Source: Octopus sinensis
Lineage: Eukaryota
Length of the DNA stretch: 64,000 nucleotides
Reading direction: 5' to 3'
Assembly: GCF_006345805.1 (NCBI RefSeq)
Contig: NC_043006.1
Coordinates: 29,636,001-29,700,000 of the forward strand
The notes below the pieces were generated by a model. It was given only the letters and a program-made list of their open reading frames with translations. It made no database searches and was not told the origin of the DNA. Of the stretch, positions 51,091 to 64,000 are shown one piece after another. Positions within the stretch are counted from its first letter, which is position 1. The number at the start of each line of letters is the position of its first letter. The position numbers and the translations under genes are program-made.

Positions 51091-51690
51091 CATGCATGCA
51101 TGTATATGATCATTCTGTCATTAATAGAGTTTAAAGTTTAAAGAATTGTCACTTTGGTCAAGATAATTGACATACAGGAATCTGGTTGTGGCAGCTTAAA
51201 TCCTGACTGCACTTAAACTCAGCAACCTTCCAGTAATTTTCTAAACAGCTTGGAATAATCCTTGAGTCTGACTATGAATGTTCAGTTAAAGTCAAATCTA
51301 GAAAGTGATAACTGATCTTTGTTAATGGCCGTCTCCCGGTACATCCAAGATCTGACAACTATTAAACGTAATACAATACATGGTGGGGTTGAAAATTTTA
51401 GGCTATTCGGTGTAAGCTATAAAGCAAAACTAGATAGATTATCGCAGAATTTCTCTACATAAAATTTAAAGTAAGAAGTCAAGACAGTGGCTAGCAGAAT
51501 CAGTAGAGTGTCAAACAATATACTACATGGAATGTAGATTTGTTCCTTTATGTTTTAAGTTCAAGTCCCATTAGAGTTCACTTTGTCATTTCTCATTTCA
51601 AAGTCAATAAAATAAGTAATTTGGTTGATTAACTCAAATTAACCATCTTTGAAATCTTTCAGCATTCTGCCTATGCTATTATTATTATTA

Positions 51691-51762
<72 letters not shown>

Positions 51763-51769
51763 GCCCAGT

Positions 51770-51970
51770 ATACTCATCATCATTACCTGTCTGATAAGGG
51801 TGCACCAGACACATGCATCACAACCATATGTGCACAACATGGTGACCTCATATCAAGATAAACAGTGCATGACCTTGCAGGTGGGGCCCAGTTAGAATTT
51901 TCTTCATGTGGAGCAGTCCATCAGACTCAAAAAGGTCCCTGAATAAAGGTTATTTAGGGATATAGTTTTG
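51770..51970 (-). mobile_element. Family E fragment
   Basis: Reverse complement of about 34350-34520. Confidence 0.75.
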
Positions 51971-53019
51971 AAGTGTTGATATGCTGGGGGGGAAAGTCGG
52001 AATATCGGGTGTTGTAATGTGGTAATAAAGGTTGTAATGTGATAATACAAGGTTTACATTTCAAGTTTGCTTAAATACAAAGTTATATTTCTAAATAACT
52101 TTAAAAAACATGTGGTTTTGTAGTTTATGTTTTGATACTTAAAAACATTCATTCTACATAGCAGTTCCAAAGAAATCTTGATGGTGTAAAACATGGAAAA
52201 AAACCCAACTAAATATATAATTAACTAAAAGAGAAATGAATATCGATATTTTACAATGGAAATCATTTGTGGAAAAGCACCAATTCAATGAACAGATAGT
52301 CTTTCTATCTGCTTTTATATATTGGCATGCATCAGACGGGGTATCAAAGACTATTTCTTGCGCATAAGTTTAATTTTTGGCATGTTTTCTCTTGCTAGAT
52401 GCTCTTCCTATCATCAACTACATTACAAAGTGTGCTTGGTGCAATGTATCATGGCACCAGCACCAGAGAAGTTGTCATGTCCTCTACAAGACTAAAGAGT
52501 TTTCTCTAGTCTGTTTGCCAATCACTTTATTGGGTGTACTGAGTATATTTTATTGTGGTCCCAACATTAGAGACAAACAAAAGGTCATTCTGACTTGTGC
52601 TATCTCCAGTCATTTGTAAAACATTTTACAGAGTGTCCTAGAGATATGTGACTGTGGCATTAGCACCAGGAAAGTTGTCTTATCAGCAAAACTAAAAGGT
52701 CCTTTCAATATTTGTTTCCATTTCTTTATTCACTAACACCAAAAGATTGTCTTGTTATCGGTCAAGAGAAAAGTGACTGAGGAAAAAATAAGGCCACAGC
52801 AAGAAATGGGATAAAAGAGCAGAATGATGAAGAATGACATTGATAGGCAACATGCCTGTTGGTAAGGAGACTAGATGGAAACAACAAGAGCAGTATAATT
52901 CATCATCCTCAAATTTACTTAATTAGAGCAGCCAGCCATTGGGATGCCACTCTAGATGCTTTTGCATTGCCATTGGTCTCTGTTCTCTGCCACGCATAGC
53001 AGGGTCACAGTGTAGTAAC

Positions 53020-53405
53020 TTGTCCACGAGTGGCTTGTGTTAAGTAGCTTGCTTACCAACCACATGGTTCCGGGTTCAGTCCCACTGCGTGGCATCTTGG
53101 GCAAGTGTCTTCTGCTATAGCCTCGGGCCAATCAAAGCCTTGTGAGTGGATTCGGTAGACGGAAACTGAAAGAAGCCTGTTGTATATATGTATATATATA
53201 TGTATGTGTGTGTATGTTAGTGTGTCTGTGTTTGTCCCCCTAGCATTGCGTGACAACCAATGCTGGTGTGTTTACGTCCCCGTCACTTAGAATAAGTACT
53301 GGGCTTACAAAGAATAAGTCCCGGGGTTGATTTGCTCGACTAAAGGCGGTGCTCCAGCATGGCCGCAGTCAAATGACTGAAACAAGTAAAAGAATAAAAA
53401 GAGTA
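53020..53405 (+). mobile_element. Family C SINE
   Basis: aaccacatggttccgggttcagtccc...ggcatcttgggcaagtgtctt...aaatgactgaaacaagtaaaag tail. Confidence 0.9.
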
Positions 53406-53409
53406 ATTT

Positions 53410-53790
53410 TCTCTGTCTGTCTCTCTTTCGTCTTCCCTCAACTGTGCCCTGAAGAATGGTTTGGAACAAGGAACTGTGACGAAATACATGACTGTGCCAA
53501 GCGAGCTTTCATCATTTTTGCCCACTCAAGGAGTAGTTCCTGTCTACCAGTATATTTTTCGACAAAGCTGTTCGTTTTGTGTTCTGTGTGAGGGATGAGT
53601 AGCAGCCTTCTGGAGCATTTCTGCTCAAATGCCTGAATTCTTTTTTCCATATCAGCTATAAGGATCCAGCTCTCAAACCCACACAGAAGGATCAGAGTCA
53701 TCAGGCACTCATTGTACACTTTGAGTTTCAATGGAAAACTAACAGAGTTGCTGTTCCATGTGTTGTTGTTCAGTTTTGATTGGGAAAGAG
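53410..53790 (-). mobile_element. RTE fragment
   Basis: ORF 53438-53731 KLKVYN..ILLCGFESW...EKRIQAFEQKC.RRLL.I..TEHKTN. Confidence 0.85.
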
Positions 53791-53919
53791 AACAAAAAAT
53801 TATGTAAATAGAACTGTGTACATAATTTAAAAATTCCTTATCATTAATGAATAAATTGTCATGTTTACGTCAACTCTAAAACCAGACTGGATTGAAATAA
53901 GTGTCCTTCTTCTTCTTTT

Positions 53920-54310
53920 GTGGCTGAGTGAAAGAAGCTCGCTTCTCAACCACATGGTTCTGGTTTCAGTCCCACAGTGTGGCACCTTGGGCAAGTGTCT
54001 TCTTCTATAGTCTCAGGCCAACAAAAGTTTTGTGAATGAATCTGGTAGATGGAAACTGAAAGAAACCTGTCATATATGCATGTTTGTGTGTGTGTGTGTT
54101 TATCCCCCACCACTATTTGACAACGAATGTTGGTGTATTTATGTCCCCATAACTGAGCAGTTCAGCAAAAGAAACCAATATAATAAATACCAGGCTTTAA
54201 AAAAAAAAAATAAATACTGGGACTGATTCATTTGACTAAAATAATTCTTCAACACTGGGTGCCCCAGCATGACCACACTCTAATGACTGAAACAAGTAAA
54301 AGATCAAAGA
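53920..54310 (+). mobile_element. Family C SINE
   Basis: Same head, CORE-like segment and tail. Confidence 0.85.
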
Positions 54311-56262
54311 TATGATTAACAAGAGGAATCACTTTACAGTTATGAATTAATTCGTGTTTGTCCTGAACAAGAGAAGTGGCAAATACTTTAATTGCATCCA
54401 TTTTGTTTAGAAGAAATTAAAAGATCAGAATCATATTTTTTTTTCTGCACACTAACTTCTCTCCACTATTTCCAGCTTTTATCCACCTTTTCACTAACCC
54501 TTCAACAACCCTGGGTAAGAATTTTAGTAGCCATGGGTGTGTGTCCATCAACACTCTCTAAACTCCACTGCAAATAACAAACCAACAAAGTAGCCTCTAC
54601 ATATCATCCAAGCTGTTAGAAGCAGCAGGCAATTCTCCCTCAGATAACTCATTACTATCCTTAAAAAGGTAGGACAACAATGATAGACATGATAGAAGGG
54701 GCCGAAATTTCTTTGATCATTTGTCAACACAAAGCTGTAGACTAAAACAAAACTAAAAAAAAAAAAACAGATATGAGAATGAATAAAATGCTTTGTCCAA
54801 CATTTTTTCAGTTCATTTTACTGAAAACTTATACACAGCATTTTATTCTAGTCTAGTGGAAGTGTTGGTGCACAGACATCCTGCTTTATTCTTCCACTCT
54901 GCACTGATTGTGCATCCATATGCTATCATACAGGAATCCTTGTGTGTGACTTGTATATTCTAAGATGAGAAAAGTTGTAGGATATCTTAGAAGCTAGAAG
55001 AGAGTGAAGAAGTAACGAATTAATTAGAATAAAAAAGATGGAATGAATTACAAAAAAAACCCCAGCTGTGAATTAAAAGCATCAAATGTTGTTTGCAAGA
55101 AAGATCACTGAACTGGTATGAACATGCAATAATAAAGGATAATAAAAAGAAAGTAAACCAATAAGGGTGGTAACCTGAGTAGAAATAGGCCAAGAGCCAA
55201 GGGACCTCAAACTAGCAGAAGAAATGACAAAAAAAAAAAAAGAAAAGACAAAAGGTAGAGAACTAATCATGCAGACCCACCCATGTCAGCAAAGAAAACT
55301 GGAAATATATCATATTTTTTAATGAATTCTAGCTTTGAACTGACATTTTATCCTCAGTAGACTTAAAGAGTAGTATTAAAAATTAGTTCTCAGCAAAACA
55401 TATTCAAGCTTATGTCCAGAAGAATCAGTAAACAGAATCCCTTGTCAGAAGACTAAATCTCAAATTCCAAATATATATATATCTTTTATGAAAATCAGGC
55501 TATTTTAAACTGTTTAAACATGTGTGAACTAAAAAACCTAAAATCATACCATGAAAAATATTGCATGAAATATTTTAAACAAATAATTAAAAAAAAAAAA
55601 CCTAATTGTGTTCTTTATTTCAACAAAGCTTGAAATACTGTAGACCTCTAAGAAGCTTCAGTGAAAGTAAAACAATTCAAAAGCATTCTTATGACAATTT
55701 TATAGAAATCTTTACAGTATATTTGGAAACATTTTTAGCTATTTACAATTACTGCAACTCTTCTTCATTAAATTCTACTTCGGTGTTGGTATCTTTCGGT
55801 CAAAAGAAACATTTCCCACACAAAGTAAGCCAGACATTTCTTGTAAAGTTGGTCAAACTACTTTCCTTGATACATTCACAAATAACTCTGACAACTTAGT
55901 ACTTTAAGTTGGGAAACTCCTAAAGGTTGTTCCTATAATTTAACAAATTCCCACTTGTATGACTCATTATAATAATACATCATTATCTATTTGGCTTATA
56001 ATTATAACATTTCACTCACATATGTTCTTCCTAGAATTTTTAAATCCTAAAAGCAACAAAAGTAACAACAATATGAGGATGAGTTAAAAATATTTCTAAG
56101 GTTCTGCATGGAGTATCTTTATGCACACTCAAATGTAGGCTCCTACATACATATATATACACATACATGCATAGAGACATAGATACATACATTCACACAT
56201 ACATATATATATACACAATGATAAATGCATACATGCACAAATATATATACAGATTCATATAG

Positions 56263-56315
<53 letters not shown>

Positions 56316-56688
56316 GCATACACATACATGTATACCTATATATTTTAAAATTGCTGTATACATAACATTATAAAGAAGTATAAAGTCCAATGAAAATGTC
56401 ACCATCTGACTGGTACTTCTAACAAGAGTCTGTAGTTGTTATCAGCACAGTTCTGTTTTGTTTTTGTTTTTGTTTGTTTTTCTTTTTTACTGATATTTCC
56501 CCTCACTATCATTTAAATATCTTCAAACTAATATACCTTTATTTTCTTATTTGACAACATTGGTTTGCATGTAACATTAAAAGATGCTTTCCATCTCCCT
56601 CATGAAAGAATTTTGCTCTTAACAAAGGCAGTAGTACAAAGTAGCTTTTTAAATTGTACATCCATCATATGGCCACATAGGCAGAAGT

Positions 56689-57010
56689 GTCGGTGTGAGG
56701 TAAGAAGTTTGCTTCCTAACCACATGATTCTGGCTTCTTTCAGTTTCCATCTACCAAATCTACTCAGCCTGAGGCTATAGTAGAAGATGCCATGAAGTGG
56801 GATTGAACCTGGAACCATGAGGTTGTTCGCCATTACCACTTGACAACTGGTGTTAGTTTCTTCATGCCCCCAGTAATGTAGCAGTTCAGCAAAAGAGATC
56901 AATAGAATAAGTACCAGGCTTTAAAAAGAAAAAAATGAAGTACTGGAGTTGATTCATTCAAATAAAATTCAAAGGGGTGCCCCAGCATGGCCACAGTCTA
57001 ATGACTGAAA
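56689..57010 (+). mobile_element. Family C SINE with inverted middle segment
   Basis: Head and tail read on plus; about 56735-56825 matches the family only as reverse complement. Confidence 0.75.
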
Positions 57011-57057
57011 CCAAGGCACATACACACACACACAGATGCAAATATATAAAACACTGT

Positions 57058-57130
<73 letters not shown>

Positions 57131-57425
57131 TCTCAACAGTAAACCTGTTAAATCTGTTTAACTCTGACCCCACATGGCAGATGAACTGACCCCACTGGGT
57201 CTGCAGAGTCAATCTGGAACCCTTGCTACCTTGTCTCCTTCCACCTCTCCTTCACAGCTCCCTTTTATTTCTGTTACCGCCCCCCCCCCAAACATTGTTC
57301 CCTCTGTTATACCCTTCATTAACATTTTCTCACAATAAATCTCTTTCTCTCATGAGTGGTGTGGGGAACAGCTCTCTTGTGACCCTCCCCTGCTGGTGCT
57401 GCAAAATTCACTCAATACACTAAGT

Positions 57426-58115
57426 CAGGGGTCACCAAACTACGGTCCATGGGCCAGATCCGGTCTGCTGCCACACTGTACCTTTTTTGCTGCTTAGTTT
57501 GTGAGATGCAGATATGTGCACACTGGTTGTGATACACTCTTTACTCTTTTACTTGTTTCAGTCATTTGACTGTGGCCATGCTGGAGCAACTCGACCCCGG
57601 GACTTATTCTTTTGTAAGCCCAGTACTTATTCTATCGGTCTCTTTTGCCGAACTGCTAAGTAACGGGGACGTAAACACACCAGCATCGGTTGTCAAGCAA
57701 TGCTAGGGGGACAAACACACACACGCATATATATATATACATATATATACATATATACGACGGGCTTCTTTCAGTTTCCGTCTACCAAATCCACTCACAA
57801 GGCATTGGTCGGCCTGAGGCTAGAGTAGAAGACACTTGCCCAAGGTGCCATGCAGTGGGACTGAACCCGGAACCATGTGGTTAAACAAGCTACTTACCAC
57901 ACAGCCACTCCTGCGCCTATGTGCACACTGGGTGTGATATGACTATCTTATTGCTAATGTCACTTTCTTTGATAACTTTTTGGTAAATAAATATGTTGGT
58001 TGTCTTTATTTTTTTGTGTATTCACTGTATTATATTGAACAAAATGATTATGTGGCCCACATTCGTCACTCCCTCAGTTATCTGGCGCACCTTGCAAAAA
58101 GTTTGGTGACCCCTG
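57426..58115. mobile_element. hAT-superfamily MITE with perfect 8-bp TSD
   Basis: cactaagt|CAGGGGTCACCAAACT ... AGTTTGGTGACCCCTG|cactaagt. Confidence 0.95.
57535..57917 (-). mobile_element. Family C SINE nested in the hAT MITE, 22-bp TSD
   Basis: tatgtgcacactgg(t/g)tgtgata at 57513-57534 and 57918-57939; intact head ggcgcaggagtggctgtgtggtaag. Confidence 0.93.
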
Positions 58116-58386
58116 CACTAAGTGATTGATTATTGATTCAAGTAGTGACAACACATGACTTGAGAGTTTTCTTCAGTCTTGCTGATGGCAAAGCAAACTC
58201 TATAGAGTTGATAGCATGAAAAGCTGCACCCAGTACATCCTGTAACCATGGAAACCATGCCAAAAATGAGGCCTAGGAGAAAAATGAGGTCCTCCAACCT
58301 GTTGAACCCTGTTAAACCATCCAACCCATAGCAGCATGGCATGATGATGATGATGATGATAAATGTGTGTGTGTGTGTGTGCACGC

Positions 58387-58434
<48 letters not shown>

Positions 58435-58619
58435 GTGGTTGATATGGTTGTCATTGGTTGATGTTGACATTCTTTGTTGACTATACTTACAAAGACCTCA
58501 AGAATAAAAATAATCCCTTCCTAACTTGAACATAGATAAAGGTTGGTGACAGTAAGAGAATCAGTAAAAGCCTACTTCAAATAATTCCTTCTCGAACCTC
58601 ATGCATTTATCATGAGAGG

Positions 58620-58860
58620 CATCAGGCGTAATGTGCAAGAGAGAAGACTGAGCTGGTAGGGTCATGTGATGCATACGGATGAGGACAGCTGCTTAAAGAA
58701 GTACCAATCTCTAATTGTGGAGGGAACCAGAGGAAGGGGTAGACCCAGGAAGACATGGGATGAAGCAGTGAGAAAGGATCTCCAGACAGAGGAGATGACA
58801 AGGGACTGAGACTTCTGATTGTTTTTCTGTGCTTGAGAAGACATTCGAAGCTAAGTAAAA
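58620..58860 (+). mobile_element. RTE C-terminal fragment
   Basis: RGRGRPRKTWDEAVRKDL. Confidence 0.75.
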
Positions 58861-58992
58861 CTGTAGCTGTCCATACATACAGCTATGATCTTTACATCCC
58901 TTCCTCAGTTGAGGAGTCCTTGCCTTGAAGGCTCATGGGTACTGGTGTCACATAAACTGTCACTTGTACATTTGTACTATTTTACCTACTGC

Positions 58993-59026
<34 letters not shown>

Positions 59027-59029
59027 AGT

Positions 59030-59071
<42 letters not shown>

Positions 59072-59188
59072 TATACATTTTATTTACATTGGTCCATTGG
59101 CTTGTATTTCTGGAACCTCAGTGGTAAACACCTGCTTCTTCAGATGAAGTTAAACCAAGTGAAGAGGCACCTCTCATCATTTAGAATG

Positions 59189-59229
<41 letters not shown>

Positions 59230-61260
59230 TGTGTGTGCGTGCACATATGTGTGTGCTTGTGTGTTTGGCATATCCAGCCATAATAAGAGATGCTGGGGCA
59301 ATTCTAGACTTTGATAAAGTATTTCATGTTAAAAGTTGAAAGGAGTTCTGATTTATACATGTAAAACTTGAGAGAAATAAAAAGATCCAGGAAGAAAGCT
59401 GACTAATTTAACTCGGTTAATTTATTTAGAAATGATCTGAATTTAAAACTGCTGTTAGTTCTTGCTAACCACAAAAAACATGATTTATTTTCACTAGAAG
59501 ACAGATGCTTTAACTAAACTTTTCATATCCAACATCATACTAGCTGTAAAAATCTACTATTTTTATTTGCAACAGCACCAGATTTAACTTCCTGACAATA
59601 TTAAAATCTTGACTTCCATCTAAAGTAATGATGTCAATGAAACTAGGACAGATATTAACATCAGTAATGCTTAACACCATACTTTATCTACAATATTATT
59701 GTTTATCTATGATGCATAGATTGGTATACTTAGCCACTTCTCTATTACAAACAATATGCTATGTAGTTTTATTATATTCTTCTCAAACAAAATTTTATAT
59801 TTCTAAAGTTATTAATTACTAGTAAATTTATAATAACTGCATTTGCTCTTAATCAAATATTTCCTATCTTCAATACTTTTCACATCATTTCACATAACTG
59901 TTTCTTTAAGAAAAGTGACATTTTAAGCAATGAATCACTACTGAAAATAAAACCATAAATCCTCTCAGGTAGCTTTACAGAGCAAATTTCAGATAAAAAG
60001 AAAATGGAATGTTGCCCATTCATTAAACAGTTTTATAATTTTTCTTTATAAACAAACTAAAAATTACTAACAAACCCATGACTAATTGAGTAACATTTAT
60101 GAATGCCACATTATCTTTCACTAATTCCACTAGGAGGAAACTTGTGAGAACATTGCCAGACCTTATTGTCAAATTAGGAGTGAGTTGAGAAACATATAAA
60201 ACGATTGACTTATGTCTTTCTGAACAACACTGCAAACTGGATGGGAAATTGAAGTGAATTCAAAACAGAATATAATTAATTCCAGCCATCTGAAGACTAG
60301 GTTCGTTAATACTGATGATGTATATAATTTCCTCTAATTTGTCTGCTACAAGAACCTGATCAAATGTCCTGACTGAGTTCATCTCTAATCTCCTGATAAA
60401 CTGTTAGCATTGAAGAATTTATTGGAAGAGATTCTCTCTCTAATCTATCAATTCTGAGATGCTTCATAGTTCAGTTATGTCCTTCACACCCTTCTTTTAT
60501 ATCAATATTATATAAATCAATATATATCACTATTATATAATTGGTTTCCTGGCTGTTAATTCTGATTAGATGCTACTTCCTGTTTCCTACACATGCATTC
60601 TTCATGCAACCAAAACACCTCATAGAAGACAGGCATTACTTTTAGGAACAGAGGACTTAAAAAATCCCTTGTTGCACACACAGCTTAATTTCTTTCACCA
60701 AAACCCTTTCAATACATGGGTATTACACGTACCAAGAAAAACTGAAGACACTACCAACACATTCCCTACAAACAATATGTTGCCTAATCACAGACAATCT
60801 TAAAACTGCATCTTAAAAGCTTGGCTTCTCTTAACAGCTAAACAAGAGAAAAGTGCATCCTGCACTACAGCAGCCAACATAGATTTAGGATGTTGCAGAT
60901 GTTACACACATACATATTCCTGACTTCATCCAGTTAATAAGCAAACCTAACCCCTTACACACTACAGCCACCAAACCACCAAAATATGCTACTGTTTCCT
61001 CCATGATCTCTTCTCTTTCACCTTACTTTTCCATCCTTTTTTAAAATATTCATAAATATGTATGTATGTATATATATATATAAAAATATATAAATATATA
61101 AACATATATAATATATATACATATAAAAATGTATATATATATATAGACACGTATGCAGTGTGTGTCCCTGTGTCCTTGCCTTGACATCACTTGATAGTTA
61201 TGAGCGTCGCTGTCATTCATTTCCAAATATTTTGTGAAAATGTTTGGCTATGAAGAAATA

Positions 61261-61866
61261 TTACACTGGTGCCGGTGGCATATAAAAAGCACCAACCGAT
61301 CGTGGGATCCCGGGACATCTCGCTGTGCTTGAGGAGACCTGTTGAGTCAAGTGCATGTACATGAACATTGAACCAAATATCAATGGAAACAGTAGTTGTG
61401 ATACCTGTGCCGGTGACACATAAAAAGCACCATCCGAACGTGGCTGTTGCCAGTGCAGCCTCCACTGGCTTCTGTGCCGGTGGCACATAAAAAGCACCAT
61501 CCGAACGTGACCGATGCCAACCCTGCCTCGAATGGCTTCTGTGCCAGTGGCACATAAAAAGTACCATCCGAACGTGGCCGATGCCAGCACTGCCTTGACT
61601 GGCTTCTGTGCCGGTGGCACATAAAAAAGCACCAACCGATTGTGGCCAACGCCAGACCCCTCTGGCACCTGTGCAGGTGGCACGTAAAAAGCACCCACTA
61701 CACTCGCGGAGTGGTTGGCATTAGGAAGGGCATCCAGCTGTAGAAACACTGCCAGATCAGACTGGAGCCTGGGGCAGCCCCTGGCTCCCCAGACCCCGGT
61801 CGAACCGTCCAACCCGTGCTAGCGCAGAAAACGGACATTAAACGATGATGATGATGATGATGATGA
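61261..61866 (+). mobile_element. Family B element with 6-unit ~67-bp repeat array and (GAT)n tail
   Basis: Units start at 61269, 61407, 61474, 61541, 61608, 61671. Confidence 0.9.
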
Positions 61867-61964
61867 GTGCAATTTAAATTTTCAGTTGTGCACCAAAGAA
61901 CCAGTGTTTAGAATTCCATATGAATTTCCATTTGTGTTATTGTCATTTTTTGTTATTGTACTTA

Positions 61965-62523
61965 CCGTAAATCCTTGAGTATAGTCTGCCCTTGAGTATA
62001 ATACGCAGGGGATTTTTAGGGGACTGTACCTCTGAAAAACCTAAACCTTGTGTATAATACGCACCCCTTCTCTAACTTGAGTTGTGTGTAATTAAGCCAG
62101 CAGCACCTAATCAAACAAACACCTCCACGCATGTGTAATACAATAATGGTGATGTTCTTAACTGTTATATGGAAATGTAAATATGTTTGCAAATTGTTTT
62201 TGTTACATGCTATTCTGTGTTCTGAATATGTTTATTTTAATAAATGTTGCTTACTGCAAATTATGGATGATTCTTTTATGACTTCATTGCTTCCATTTTC
62301 TTTTTATCTAAAATTTGCTCTGTAAAGCCACCCGAGAGAATTTAGGTATTTTCACGTCCGACATCACAAAATGCGTCTGAATAAACATTGCCGGACAGCA
62401 AATAGAGACTTGGACATTGCTTAGAAAATATTTTTTATTTTTAACCTCGTATATAGTACGCACTAGGGATTTTGACCTTTAAATTTTGGGGGAAAATGCG
62501 GATTATTACTCGAGGATTTACGG
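61965..62523. mobile_element. Tc1/mariner (pogo/Tigger-like) MITE
   Basis: TA|CCGTAAATCCTTGAGTA ... TACTCGAGGATTTACGG|TA. Confidence 0.9.
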
Positions 62524-63016
62524 TATATCATTTGTTATCATTCTTGGATGTGGGTGTTTCAGACTATGTATAGAAAAAGAAAAAAAACTCAAGAGATTGT
62601 TTATAAGATATTTAGTGACTGCATCTTCATGGTGGCTGATTCCATCCTCAACTTTTCAACCCAAGGATGTTCTGCATACAAGTTACACATCTCTGAAGAC
62701 TTGATAATATGCCTTGATTATGTTATTCCCATTATGTAACTAACAATCACCTTACATTAATGAAATATACTTATGATGGTGTAACTAAATTTATCCAGAT
62801 ATCTTTAAAAGGTGAATGGTTTTGAGTCTTTGGTCAGCTGGGGGCAAAGTAAATGCGTTGCAATGTACTTATGTGTTGTGAAGCACAGATGTGAATGGTA
62901 TGAGCTCCCACCCAGCCTTGGAGCAATTCTGTAGTTGACGGTAAGTCTTTGTAATATGTAACAACTTATGTGTATCCAACATTGTTTTCTCAAACTTTTT
63001 CTCAAAAGCAACTCAC

Positions 63017-63071
63017 CTGCCTCGGGAGTACATATTCTGTTTACCAGTTTGATTTTAAGAATTTGAATTGC
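63017..63071 (-). CDS. Candidate upstream exon ([18 protein letters not shown])
   Basis: Very strong donor GGCAG|gtgagt, acceptor gttctcag|. The phase-1 end is compatible with the 37679 exon, but linkage is unproven. Confidence 0.3.
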
Positions 63072-63124
63072 CTGAGAACTAATATGGTGCCTTTCTATTT
63101 TTGCAGAAGTACCATCATTCCTAC

Positions 63125-63164
63125 CATATATATATACATATGCCTGTCTGTCTGTATGTATATG

Positions 63165-63228
<64 letters not shown>

Positions 63229-63314
63229 GATATATATATATATATATACACATATACATATATGTATATATATATACATATACATATATATATACATATA
63301 CATATATGTATATA

Positions 63315-63346
<32 letters not shown>

Positions 63347-63428
63347 CATATACATATATGTATATATGTATATATATATTTATACATATACATATATATT
63401 CATATATGTATATACATATACATATATG

Positions 63429-63481
<53 letters not shown>

Positions 63482-63550
63482 CATATATATATATACACAC
63501 ACACACACATATACAAACACACACATACACACACACAGACACATATACAC
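63125..63550. repeat. Long compound (TA)/(TATG)/(CA) microsatellite
   Basis: Read directly; explains the IYIY-type ORFs. Similar tracts at 2492-2580, 3738-3870, 12890-13125, 28380-28680, 29370-29540, 57060-57128. Confidence 0.97.
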
Positions 63551-64000
63551 TTAAAAAAACAAAAATACAAAAACAATGTTAAAGGTCACCAACCTTCAGA
63601 GAAGATGTGCTTATTTATAAATATGTTGATAAGTATACAATGGAAAAAGAAAAAAGAAAAAAAAGAAAAATACTTTGAAATGAAATTTCAATGAATTGAC
63701 AACACCAAATTGAAAACCTCTCTCTCTCTATCTATCTATCTATCTATCTACCTATTGATATATCTATCTATCCTTTCCCCACCCTTTATCCTTTACTATT
63801 ATTATTATTATTTTCTCTTCTTTGTTAATTGTTCTGAAACCTCTCTCTCTATCCACCCCTGCTTTACCTCTCTCTCTCTCTCTCTTTCTCTCTGCTTGGA
63901 AACAACAATATAATTTCTCAATGGATGAAACCTTCCTATGCCTAACTTATTGAAGTTGTGCAATGTATGGGTATTATATAATTCTCTCTGCTTGGAGGAA

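Noticed and set aside
61261-61812. 183-aa repetitive ORF, and CRISPR-like appearance
   Set aside because: The ORFs are by-products of the 67-bp repeat. Linkers are homologous to each other, there are no cas genes, and the context is a eukaryotic retroposon.
62970-63694. Long IYIY/HTHT ORFs (also at 14458-14842, 28165-28647, 29331-29805, 58925-59314)
   Set aside because: Translations of dinucleotide microsatellites.

Overview
AT-rich, repeat-dense eukaryotic DNA; the SINE/LINE families and microsatellite load suggest a coleoid cephalopod, most likely Octopus (inferred, not searched). Most ORFs in the supplied track come from microsatellites or decayed transposons. The main host signal is a minus-strand, multi-exon gene that the ORF track largely misses. 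Three exons (37679-37553, 22297-22202, 19596-19406) have canonical AG/GT sites and matching phases and splice into a complete WSC domain followed by a possible PKD/Ig-like segment, i.e. a polycystin-1-like receptor candidate. A further probable exon lies at 9932-9768, and there are several weaker micro-exon candidates. The introns contain a decayed Gypsy pol, a full-length mariner with TIRs/TA TSD, a truncated mariner abutted by a Helitron, an R4/Dong-like LINE in (TAA)n, RTE LINE fragments, three tRNA-SINE families, and hAT, Tigger/pogo and foldback MITEs. There is also a 17-bp minisatellite and an RTE-associated 3' UTR carrying a variable-copy ~65-67-bp hairpin repeat array. No prokaryotic genes, CRISPR array, rRNA or intact tRNA gene were found.
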